A stretch of 64,000 nt of DNA from an uncultured Candidatus Saccharibacteria bacterium. GTDB lineage: Bacteria > Patescibacteriota > Minisyncoccia > Phycocordibacterales > UBA9973. Position 1 is the first letter of the stretch. The number at the start of each line of letters is the position of its first letter. Shown piece by piece: positions 17,434 through 25,796 of this stretch. A program made the translations under genes and the position numbers. The notes below the pieces were generated by a model. The model saw nothing but the letters and a program-made list of their open reading frames with translations. It did no database searches and was not told the DNA's origin. The DNA is taken from positions 1,004 to 65,003 of the forward strand of contig CAYNLU010000002.1 of assembly GCA_964398205.1 (NCBI GenBank), given 5' to 3'.

Positions 17434-18906
17434 ATGAAAGAAAAGCTAGTAATTTATTGGGCAAGGCGGGATTTTAGATTGCGGGATAATCGAGCTTTAT
17501 TAAGCGCAGTTTTGAATGCTAAAAAAGAAAATATTAAATTCTTGCCGGTATTTATTATTGAGCCTTATATGACCCAAGGTAATCCGAAAGAGCAATTCGG
17601 CTACCCTTCTCGATATTTTTTATCAAAAGCTATTCCCCTTTTTAGTAAAAACTTTAAACAATTTTTATTAATAAAAGAGAAACCGGCTTCATTCTTTTTG
17701 AAACTTGCGAAAACTTATGAGCTCGAAATCTACGTAAACGAAGACGTTTATCCTGATTTCTATAAACAACTAAAAAAGATTAAAAATAGCAGTATCAATA
17801 TTAAACTTTTCCGAGATCAAATCACCGTAGATAAAAATACGAAAACCAGTATGAAAGATATCTATTCAGTATTTACTCCTTTTAAAAAGGCAGTTTGGCA
17901 ATCCTTCATAAACGAGAAAGAAGATAAAATTCCAAGCTTCGAAGGTTTAAGTTTTTTCAATCCTGAGAATTTCAAATTTAAAACTTTAAATCCTAAAAAT
18001 CAAAAAGAAATCCTAGCATTATTTAGCGACAAAGAAAGTATTTTGATTGATAGTGAGGTTATAAATCTCAAAGATATATTAAATACCAATAGAAATCTAG
18101 AGAATAATTATTTTAGTGAAGAAGAAGCTTTAAATCATTTTCGTAAATTTTTGAAAAATAAATTAAGTAAATACGACGAAAAAAGAGATTATTTAGATAA
18201 CGAGAATACTTCTAGGATGTCGCTCGCACTTGCTTGGGGACTAGTCTCTTCGAGAACTTTAGTAAAATTAATACAAAAACATTTCAAGAAAAATTTTGAA
18301 AATCCACTCTCCTTTTTAGAGTCGGATAAAGGCCCTTTGCAATTTATAAGTGAATTGATTTGGAGAGAGTTTTATAAATATTTATTATTTCACAACCCAA
18401 ATCTTTTAAATAAACCTTTTCAAAAGAAATTTGAAAATATAAAATGGATCAATCAAAAAGAAGCTTTAGAAAGATTTAAATTATGGATCAAGGGTGAAAC
18501 CGGCTACGCTATAGTAGACGCAGCAATGAACGAACTTCAGGCGACTGGCTATATGCATAATCGCGCCCGAATGATAGTTTCTTCTATACTTACTAAGAAT
18601 CTCGGAGTTTCTTGGCTTTGGGGTCAAGAATATTTTAGAGAAATGCTTATCGATTTAGATGAAGCTTCGAATAACGGAGGTTGGCAATGGGGAGCTTCGG
18701 TGGGCGCAGATCCGAAACCGATTCGGATTTTTAATCCCTATTTACAAGCTTCGAATTATGATCCGGATAATGTTTATCAAAATAAATGGTTAAGTAAAGA
18801 ATACTTAACAAATCCCCCGAAACCGATAATAGAGCATAAAGACGCTCGCGAACTCGCCTTAGAAAGATACGGATTATCAAAAAATATTAAAAATAGAAAC
18901 TATTAA
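17434..18906 (+). CDS. phr: deoxyribodipyrimidine photolyase / cryptochrome family
   Basis: 490 aa. FAD-binding motifs GYMHNRARMIVSSIL and WQWGAS. N-terminal photolyase alpha/beta domain (YWARRDFRLRDN). Confidence 0.85.
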   Translation: MKEKLVIYWARRDFRLRDNRALLSAVLNAKKENIKFLPVFIIEPYMTQGNPKEQFGYPSRYFLSKAIPLFSKNFKQFLLIKEKPASFFLKLAKTYELEIYVNEDVYPDFYKQLKKIKNSSINIKLFRDQITVDKNTKTSMKDIYSVFTPFKKAVWQSFINEKEDKIPSFEGLSFFNPENFKFKTLNPKNQKEILALFSDKESILIDSEVINLKDILNTNRNLENNYFSEEEALNHFRKFLKNKLSKYDEKRDYLDNENTSRMSLALAWGLVSSRTLVKLIQKHFKKNFENPLSFLESDKGPLQFISELIWREFYKYLLFHNPNLLNKPFQKKFENIKWINQKEALERFKLWIKGETGYAIVDAAMNELQATGYMHNRARMIVSSILTKNLGVSWLWGQEYFREMLIDLDEASNNGGWQWGASVGADPKPIRIFNPYLQASNYDPDNVYQNKWLSKEYLTNPPKPIIEHKDARELALERYGLSKNIKNRNY

Positions 18907-18910
18907 ACAT

Positions 18911-19297
18911 ATGGATAAAAATATAGAAAAATTTATTTTAAACTCTACAGCTAAAGCTTTAGCTACTTTAGGTAAAAACGGACTCAACGTCGTCCCAGTA
19001 TCTTCTCTCAAAGTAGTAGATTATGAGATTTGGCTTATAAATTACTTTATGGATAAAACTGTAGAGAATATTAAAGAAAATAATAAAGTTGCTTTAGTTT
19101 GCTGGAATAAAATGTTCGGTTATCAAATCAAAGGCGAAGTAGAATATTTTGAAAACGGAGAAAAATTCGATGAGGCAGTAATTTGGATTAAAGAAATCTT
19201 GCCTGACCGTATAGTCAAAGGATTGCTCGTGCTTAAACCGGAGGAAATCTTCGATATTGCCCCGACTAAAAATACGAAAGATTTCAGATACGAATAA
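18911..19297 (+). CDS. pyridoxamine-5'-phosphate-oxidase-like FMN-binding split-barrel protein
   Basis: 128 aa. Pattern typical of PF01243-like proteins. 4 nt after photolyase. Confidence 0.45.
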   Translation: MDKNIEKFILNSTAKALATLGKNGLNVVPVSSLKVVDYEIWLINYFMDKTVENIKENNKVALVCWNKMFGYQIKGEVEYFENGEKFDEAVIWIKEILPDRIVKGLLVLKPEEIFDIAPTKNTKDFRYE

Positions 19298-19299
19298 AT

Positions 19300-19333
19300 T
19301 TAAAAATCACAAGTTTAAACTTGTGATTTTTAA
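19300..19333. terminator. bidirectional terminator hairpin
   Basis: Perfect palindrome aaaaatcacaagttt/aaacttgtgattttt between convergent genes. Confidence 0.55.
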
Positions 19334-19350
19334 ATTTAATTTTTATATCT

Positions 19351-20301
19351 TTAATAAAGATAACCGCGAGTACGAACCCCTACTACCCCGTCCGCACCTA
19401 AGTAATTATTTTGTTGGAAAAGCAAAACTGCATTTCGAGTTTCATAATCAAAATAATTATCAAAATTATTATTTACTAAATATCCTTTATTTGCTAAAAG
19501 TTGCTTCAAGCAAGATACGTCTGAACCGTACATACCGAATCTTAGAGTTCTATATAGAGAACAACTATTATAAACAGTTGAAACTCCTAATACATTACCG
19601 CTAATTACAGAATTAGAATTCACTACAGTTACGTTTACAGTATTACAAGTTGAAGGATTATTAGAACAAATAGTTAAACTTGAATAACCTGTATTGGAAG
19701 CATAAATAGTAACAGAATTACTATTGTAACTTAGATTTGAAACCAAATAACAAGGTTGACCAGTTATAGTACTGTATTGATTAGCAGAATTACAACCAAG
19801 ATTATTATAATTATTAGAATTATTTACATTCACAACTCCAGAATTTGAATTACTAGAAACGTAAACTCCACTTGCATTATTTCCTAAAGACAAAGTCGCG
19901 CTACTACCTAAAGGCAAAGTTAGACTAGTTATATTAAGTCCATTATTATTATAATTATTTTGATAATAATTATTTGGCCAAGATGCAGTCGTAGATTGCT
20001 GATTGTTCACCATAACATAAACCCCAGTATTGGTATTTATATTATAAGTACTAGTATTTAGAGAAGTAGAGAAATATCCACTATAATTAGTAGTACCTAA
20101 ATACACACTTTGCAAAGAATAATTATTGTTGTAATAGAGAGTGACGTTTGAATTTGGATCTCCGTACACACTAACGAACACAGTATTATTACCATTATTA
20201 GACAAGGATAAAGTCGGTGTCATTGCAGAGACTTTATTAGTAAAACCTAAAAGAGCGAAAGTCAAAAGGGCAAAAACTAACAATTTACTATATATTTTCA
20301 T
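19351..20301 (-). CDS. secreted N/S/T/Y-rich low-complexity protein with C-terminal peptidoglycan-binding domain
   Basis: Signal peptide MKIYSKLLVFALLTFALLG. Long Asn/Ser/Thr/Tyr-rich region. C-terminal LRFGMYGSDVSCLKQLLANKGYL...GVVGVRTRGYL resembles PG_binding_1. Confidence 0.6.
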   Translation of the reverse strand: MKIYSKLLVFALLTFALLGFTNKVSAMTPTLSLSNNGNNTVFVSVYGDPNSNVTLYYNNNYSLQSVYLGTTNYSGYFSTSLNTSTYNINTNTGVYVMVNNQQSTTASWPNNYYQNNYNNNGLNITSLTLPLGSSATLSLGNNASGVYVSSNSNSGVVNVNNSNNYNNLGCNSANQYSTITGQPCYLVSNLSYNSNSVTIYASNTGYSSLTICSNNPSTCNTVNVTVVNSNSVISGNVLGVSTVYNSCSLYRTLRFGMYGSDVSCLKQLLANKGYLVNNNFDNYFDYETRNAVLLFQQNNYLGADGVVGVRTRGYLY

Positions 20302-20414
20302 AATATTTTACTAAATTAGCTTATAATCTACCTATTTACGGTATTACCTTAAAGCCTATACTAATTTGAATAAATTTACAATAAGAAGGGAAAAACTTAT
20401 GTTATACTAAAAAT

Positions 20415-21527
20415 ATGTCTAGAATATTTTTTGGTTTAATAATGGCGCTTTTTTTAATAGGAATTTCTTACTTTAATACCAAAGTTTATAGCTATGGCTT
20501 AAGATTAAGTGATCAAAATACTAAAATTTTATTTTTTGTATTTTTACTCATTCCCCTATTGTTTGCTTTTAGTATGATTTTAGGGTTTGGAGGTTTAATG
20601 CCGAATTTTTTACATAGAATTATGCAAATGATTGCCGGCTTTGGACTTTATTTATTCTTTGGAGCTATCACACTCGGAATTATTTACATTTTTGGATTTT
20701 TATTAAAAATAAACATTCCTTCTTATTTCGGTTATGCATTTTTCATTTTATCTTTAGCACTAGCAAGTATCGGATTTATTCAAGCTCGATTTATCAAAGT
20801 TGTTGATTATACTATTAAAAGTGAAAAAGTTCCGGATTCTTTAGTAGGCAAAAAAGCTATTCTCGTAGCTGATACTCATTTTGGTAGAATCAATCACAAA
20901 GCTTTTTCTGATAAAGTTGTAAATAAAATAATTTCTCTTAATCCTGATTTCGTATTGCATGCTGGAGATTTCTACGATGGACCAAAGAATAATACAAATT
21001 TAATTAGTGAAAGCTGGACTAAACTCGCTTCCAAATATCCCGTCTTCTTAGCCCCAGGGAATCATGAAGAATACGGTGATTATCCGATCTTCATAGAATC
21101 TATGAAGAAAGCTGGGATTATTGTATTGCAAGACGAAAAAGTTAATTATCAAGACATAGAAATTTTCGGTTTAACTTACAAAGAAAATACTACTGGTAAA
21201 AATCAAAATACCTTAGCTTTAGTAGATAAAGTTCTCAAAAAGATAGAAGTTGATGAAAATAAATTCAACATTTTAATTCATCATTCCCCTACTTCTTTGA
21301 ATATAGCAGAGCAAAATAATATTGACTTACAAGTCTCCGGGCACACTCATAAAGGTCAATTCTGGCCACTTAACTATATAGTAGAATATATTTACAAAGA
21401 ATATGCTTATGGGCTTCACCCGTATCAAGACTTACAAGTATTAACTACTTCCGGCGTCGGTACAGCAAGCGTCCCTTCCCGACTATTTAATACTCCAGAA
21501 TTAGTAAGAATTACTTTTACAAAATAA
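20415..21527 (+). CDS. membrane-anchored calcineurin-like metallophosphoesterase
   Basis: Four N-terminal TM helices, then ILVADTHFG, HAGDFYDG, APGNHE, GHTHKGQ motifs. Confidence 0.75.
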   Translation: MSRIFFGLIMALFLIGISYFNTKVYSYGLRLSDQNTKILFFVFLLIPLLFAFSMILGFGGLMPNFLHRIMQMIAGFGLYLFFGAITLGIIYIFGFLLKINIPSYFGYAFFILSLALASIGFIQARFIKVVDYTIKSEKVPDSLVGKKAILVADTHFGRINHKAFSDKVVNKIISLNPDFVLHAGDFYDGPKNNTNLISESWTKLASKYPVFLAPGNHEEYGDYPIFIESMKKAGIIVLQDEKVNYQDIEIFGLTYKENTTGKNQNTLALVDKVLKKIEVDENKFNILIHHSPTSLNIAEQNNIDLQVSGHTHKGQFWPLNYIVEYIYKEYAYGLHPYQDLQVLTTSGVGTASVPSRLFNTPELVRITFTK

Positions 21528-21590
21528 AACATCTATTATTCTTAATTCCTTATAAATCATAATATAGGGATTTTAACTTGCTTGCCAAGA

Positions 21591-21608
21591 TATATATATA
21601 TATATATA
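21591..21608. repeat. (TA)9 dinucleotide microsatellite
   Basis: tatatatatatatatata, about 30 nt upstream of the 21639 ORF. Confidence 0.9.
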
Positions 21609-21638
21609 ATTTAAGTATTATAAATAACATTCAAATTT

Positions 21639-21836
21639 ATGAGTGAAATAACATTAACAGCCGAAGAAGTAAAAACTATTTTTGAAAAATTACAAAAAGG
21701 TGAATCTACTCAAGAAGAAGAATTACAATTATTAAAAACCCTAAACCTAGGGGTAGAAGCTATGCGTGATTTAGCAAAAGAATTTGGTAATGAAATAAAA
21801 GTCGAAGAACTTAAAAATACTAATACAGAAAAATAA
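21639..21836 (+). CDS. hypothetical small protein (65 aa)
   Basis: ORF immediately preceding and 1-nt spaced from the next gene. Confidence 0.35.
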   Translation: MSEITLTAEEVKTIFEKLQKGESTQEEELQLLKTLNLGVEAMRDLAKEFGNEIKVEELKNTNTEK

Positions 21837-21837
21837 C

Positions 21838-22500
21838 ATGAAATTTAATTTTGAAAAACATATAAAAACTCCTGAACCAGAAACAAAAAAAGAGGAATTA
21901 AATGATGAACAAATAGAAGCGAATTATGAACAAGAAATCTTAGCTGAAACTAAAAAACTAGGCACTAATTTAGCATCTTTAAAATCTGAAATAGACGCAT
22001 TAGGTGGTCCAGAAAAATTTAAAGAATATTTTGAAAAACCAGTATTAATGGAGAATGGAAATGAAATAAGAAAAGGTGAGGTTGGAAACATAGAAACAAG
22101 AGGTTCTTACGAAATCCAAAAATTAAGTCAAAAAATAAAAGAAAAGATAAGTTTAAAAGCTGCTGTAGCCTTAGCTTCTATTATGAATTTTATGCATATT
22201 TATGGTATATCCATGATGAATCAAAATATGGGTAATAAAAATATTCAAGAATATTTTAGCCAAGAAACAATGCAAACTATAATAAATAATTTTAATAATT
22301 TTTCAGAAAAAAATGCAGTTAATCAAGGAGCAATGATTACTGGATTAATGTTCAGTGCTATGATATTAAGTATTCAATCAGGCGCGATTTATACAGGGAT
22401 AAAAGATGCTATTGAAAAAAGAAAACTAAAAAGAGAAAAAGCGAAACAAGAATTGAAGTTCAAAATGACTGATACTGATATAGATAAAAAATTTAATTAA
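21838..22500 (+). CDS. hypothetical protein with C-terminal TM helix
   Basis: 220 aa, Lys/Glu-rich with one hydrophobic segment. Confidence 0.4.
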   Translation: MKFNFEKHIKTPEPETKKEELNDEQIEANYEQEILAETKKLGTNLASLKSEIDALGGPEKFKEYFEKPVLMENGNEIRKGEVGNIETRGSYEIQKLSQKIKEKISLKAAVALASIMNFMHIYGISMMNQNMGNKNIQEYFSQETMQTIINNFNNFSEKNAVNQGAMITGLMFSAMILSIQSGAIYTGIKDAIEKRKLKREKAKQELKFKMTDTDIDKKFN

Positions 22501-22503
22501 AAG

Positions 22504-22538
22504 AAACCCCATAGGTCTTACCTATGGGGTTTCTTTTT
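22504..22538. terminator. bidirectional rho-independent terminator
   Basis: aaaccccatagg-tctta-cctatggggttt followed by a T-run, between convergent genes. Confidence 0.7.
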
Positions 22539-22542
22539 AGTG

Positions 22543-23271
22543 CTATTTAAAATTTTTAATTAAATTCTCTTCAAAATTAACGGTATTTTCGGCAAATCCT
22601 CTATCTAAAAGATAAGTTGCGAATTTTTTATCATAACCGGTAATGATAAAAATTCCAGTTAAAATAAATAAAATAGCAAAGACTTTTTTAACTTTCTCTA
22701 AAGTATTTTCGTTTTTAGCGAAAATATTAATAACTTTATTCCCCAAATAAGCAACTAAAAATAGAGCGAGGGTAAGTCCTAAAATAAATCCCAAAAGATA
22801 TAGCAAGCCTTCATTTATACTTTTAGGTAAGACTGTTCCTAGGATAAAAAAGTAAGTCGGGCTACAAGTCGTAAAGACAGGACCTAAAGAAAAACCAATA
22901 AGTACATCTCCATAAGAATTATTTTTCTTATAACCCTCCCCTAAACTTTTATTTGCAGAGAGATTTAAAATTTTTACAAAAGGTAAATTAGCCCAAATAC
23001 TAGGAAACAAAATACTAAATCCTAAAAATATAATTATTAATCCTGAAAAATATTGCCAGAAGGTTTCCGGTATATCTATAAACAAAGTGCTCGCTTTTAA
23101 TAAAATTGTAAAAATAAAAACAGAAAAAGCTAAAGATAATATAACTCTAAAAGTTTTTGCACTAGATTTTCCAGCATCACTACTACCTACTACCACCGGC
23201 AACAAAGGAAAAATACAAGGCGCAAGTATAGTTAAAGCACCAGCTAAAATTGAAATCAAAAACAAAATCAT
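22543..23271 (-). CDS. ccdA: cytochrome c-type biogenesis / thiol-disulfide transporter CcdA (DsbD transmembrane domain)
   Basis: 242 aa polytopic membrane protein. Conserved Cys in TM1 (LAPCIFPLLP) and later TM (FTTCSPT). Confidence 0.7.
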   Translation of the reverse strand: MILFLISILAGALTILAPCIFPLLPVVVGSSDAGKSSAKTFRVILSLAFSVFIFTILLKASTLFIDIPETFWQYFSGLIIIFLGFSILFPSIWANLPFVKILNLSANKSLGEGYKKNNSYGDVLIGFSLGPVFTTCSPTYFFILGTVLPKSINEGLLYLLGFILGLTLALFLVAYLGNKVINIFAKNENTLEKVKKVFAILFILTGIFIITGYDKKFATYLLDRGFAENTVNFEENLIKNFK

Positions 23272-23272
23272 T

Positions 23273-23788
23273 TTATATTTGTTCGATTAGATCTGCTAAG
23301 GTTGGACTACCGGACCATTTCTTGATCAGATTACCATTTGCATCAACTTGTACTAAAGTATGCTGATAAGTTACTCCGTATTTTTTCTTTAAATCTTTAT
23401 ATTCATCATAATCAACATCCAAGATTAATAAATCTTTTGGAATATTGTTACGATTATTTTCTATATCTCTATCCAAAGCTCGACAAGTCGGACACCAAGA
23501 CGCCCTAAAAAATAAAACTACATTCCCTTTATTGGCGAAAGCGAGAGCTGAAGGCTCGTAAGTTTCATACCCAGAAACTAAACCTTCTTCACCTACCCTA
23601 GACTCTAAGTTTTCTTGATTAGATTTTTGATCATCTAAATCACTCTTTAGACTAGATTCGGAATTTATGTTTTTCTCATTATTTAAATTTTGATTTTCTT
23701 TATCAACAAAGAAAAATACAGCGAAGGCACTTATTAACAAAATAACAACAATTAAATTAAAGTAGCTAAAACCTTTTTGATATTTCAT
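23273..23788 (-). CDS. thioredoxin-like TlpA/ResA-family thiol-disulfide oxidoreductase
   Basis: 171 aa. Signal anchor, WCPTC active site. Translationally coupled to ccdA. Confidence 0.7.
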   Translation of the reverse strand: MKYQKGFSYFNLIVVILLISAFAVFFFVDKENQNLNNEKNINSESSLKSDLDDQKSNQENLESRVGEEGLVSGYETYEPSALAFANKGNVVLFFRASWCPTCRALDRDIENNRNNIPKDLLILDVDYDEYKDLKKKYGVTYQHTLVQVDANGNLIKKWSGSPTLADLIEQI

Positions 23789-23870
23789 ATTTTTATAATT
23801 AATATTAATTACTTTAATTATACTATAAAATCAAATTTACTTTTATACACAAAAGTATTAAGATAAATTT

Positions 23871-24296
23871 ATGAAACAATACGAAGAAATTCTAGACAAT
23901 AAAGGGCTTAAAAAAACTGAAATTCGTATTTTATTACTAGATTTCTTGTCTAAAATCAAAAAACCCATAAGTGCTTCAGAAATTTTACTTCAATTAAAGA
24001 AAAATAAACTTGATCAAGTTACTGTTTATCGAACTTTAGAGTCTTTTTTAGAAAAAGGCATCATTAAAAAAGTAGAAACTGGTAAAAGAGAGTCAGAATA
24101 CGAAATAATTGATAAAAAAAACGATCATCATCATATGATCTGCATGAAATGTAACCGAATCGAGGACTTTGTAGGTTGCGACAGCTTAAAAATCGTAGAA
24201 AGTGCATTAAAAAAAGCAAAAAACTTTAAAAAAATTAGTCATCATTCCTTTGATTTATTTGGTCTTTGCAATAATTGCGAGGAAAATAAAAAATAA
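23871..24296 (+). CDS. fur: Fur-family metalloregulator (Fur/PerR/Zur)
   Basis: 141 aa. HHHMICMKCNRIEDF...C..C metal-site motifs, N-terminal winged helix. Confidence 0.8.
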   Translation: MKQYEEILDNKGLKKTEIRILLLDFLSKIKKPISASEILLQLKKNKLDQVTVYRTLESFLEKGIIKKVETGKRESEYEIIDKKNDHHHMICMKCNRIEDFVGCDSLKIVESALKKAKNFKKISHHSFDLFGLCNNCEENKK

Positions 24297-24333
24297 ACTG
24301 TGGATAACTATAAGACATATTAAAAAATATGCC

Positions 24334-24360
24334 AAATACCTTTATATATAAAGGTATTTT
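24334..24360 (+). terminator. rho-independent terminator after fur
   Basis: aaatacctttatatataaaggtattt perfect palindrome followed by a T-run. Confidence 0.6.
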
Positions 24361-24382
24361 TAACTTTGCTCGAGGTATATCA

Positions 24383-24404
24383 AGTATGATAAAATTATCA
24401 TACT
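24383..24404. promoter_or_regulatory. Fur-box-like palindromic operator upstream of nrdB
   Basis: agtatgataaaattatcatact. The core TGATAAAATTATCA closely matches the 7-1-7 Fur box TGATAATnATTATCA. Confidence 0.5.
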
Positions 24405-24449
24405 AAGGGCGAATTTTTTAGAGAAAAATTATAAATTAATTAACATTTT

Positions 24450-25766
24450 ATGACTACAAACAATAATAAAAATCTTGTAAACTGCGTAACCAAAAGAGAT
24501 GGTACGATTGCAGATTTTAATATCAAAAAAATAGAAAACGCTATATATAAAGCGATGATTTCAGTAGGACAAGGTACGAACGAAGACGCAGAAAAAGTAG
24601 CAGAACAAGTGGTCATAAAATTAAATGCAAAATTTGCTACCGAATTAGATCACAGTGATGGAAAATTAGAGGTTTGCCCGAACGTAGAAGAAGTTCAAGA
24701 TATTGTCGAGGAAACCCTAATGGAAAAAGACTTTTTTGAAGTCGCAAAAGCTTATATTATTTACCGTAAAGAAAGAGCTGAGGAAAGAAAACGAGATATT
24801 TTCAAGAAAAGAATTCAATTAAAGCCTTATGAATACCCTGAATTATATGAATACGTTAGTGCTATCCGTCACTCTTATTGGATCCATACTGAATTTAACT
24901 TTGTTAGCGATATTCAAGACTTCAAAGTTAATGTTTCAGAAAACGAAAAATCTGCTATCAAGCACTGCATGCTAGCTATTGCTCAAATCGAGGTAGCAGT
25001 AAAAACTTTCTGGGGAGATATCTATAAAAAAATGCCAAAACCAGAAATCGGAGCAGTTGGAGCTACTTTTGCAGAAAGTGAAGTTCGCCACACAGACGCT
25101 TACTCTCACCTACTTGAAATCCTGGGCCTCAATACTGAATTCGGTAATATTAAAAATATTCCGGCTTTAATGAATAGAGTTAATTATTTAGAAAAAGCTA
25201 TAGCGAACAAAGGTAGTAATGATAATCGTGAATATACTCAATCAATACTCCTATTTTCTTTGTTTATAGAGCACGTTTCCCTCTTCTCTCAATTTCTAAT
25301 CATAATGTCTTTCAATAAGCACAAGAACCTATTCAAAGGAATTTCTAATGCAGTTGAAGCAACCTCCAAAGAAGAGCAAATTCACGGCTTATTCGGTATA
25401 GATCTTATAAATATTATTAGAGCAGAACATCCAGAATGGTTCGACAAAGAATTTGAGGATAGTATTGTGGCTATGTGTCACGAAGCTTTCGAATCAGAAA
25501 AAGGTGTAGTAGATTGGATTTTTGAAAAAGGAGAATTAGATTTTATGCCAAAAGTAGTAGTCTTAGAGTTTATCAAGCAAAGATTCAATAATTCTTTACA
25601 AAGTATAGGAATTAATAAAATCTTTGAAATTGACGAAATGTTCCTTAAAGAATCTGATTGGTTCTACGATGAAGTGATAGCAACTAAGCACGGAGACTTC
25701 TTTAACAAGAAATCGATAAATTACAACAAAAAAGGTAAAAGTATTACAAGCGACGATCTGTTTTAA
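24450..25766 (+). CDS. nrdB: class I ribonucleotide reductase beta subunit (NrdB) with N-terminal ATP-cone
   Basis: 438 aa. ATP-cone VTKRDGTIADFNIKKIENAIYKA, ferritin-like ligands ESEVRHTDAY (Tyr at H+4), LFIEH, EEQIHGLF. Confidence 0.75.
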   Translation: MTTNNNKNLVNCVTKRDGTIADFNIKKIENAIYKAMISVGQGTNEDAEKVAEQVVIKLNAKFATELDHSDGKLEVCPNVEEVQDIVEETLMEKDFFEVAKAYIIYRKERAEERKRDIFKKRIQLKPYEYPELYEYVSAIRHSYWIHTEFNFVSDIQDFKVNVSENEKSAIKHCMLAIAQIEVAVKTFWGDIYKKMPKPEIGAVGATFAESEVRHTDAYSHLLEILGLNTEFGNIKNIPALMNRVNYLEKAIANKGSNDNREYTQSILLFSLFIEHVSLFSQFLIIMSFNKHKNLFKGISNAVEATSKEEQIHGLFGIDLINIIRAEHPEWFDKEFEDSIVAMCHEAFESEKGVVDWIFEKGELDFMPKVVVLEFIKQRFNNSLQSIGINKIFEIDEMFLKESDWFYDEVIATKHGDFFNKKSINYNKKGKSITSDDLF

Positions 25767-25796
25767 TTATTAATAATATAATCATAAAAAATAAAC

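Noticed and set aside
24299-24308. DnaA-box-like TGTGGATAA just after fur
   Set aside because: Single isolated 9-mer far from dnaA and the origin. Expected by chance in 64 kb of AT-rich DNA.
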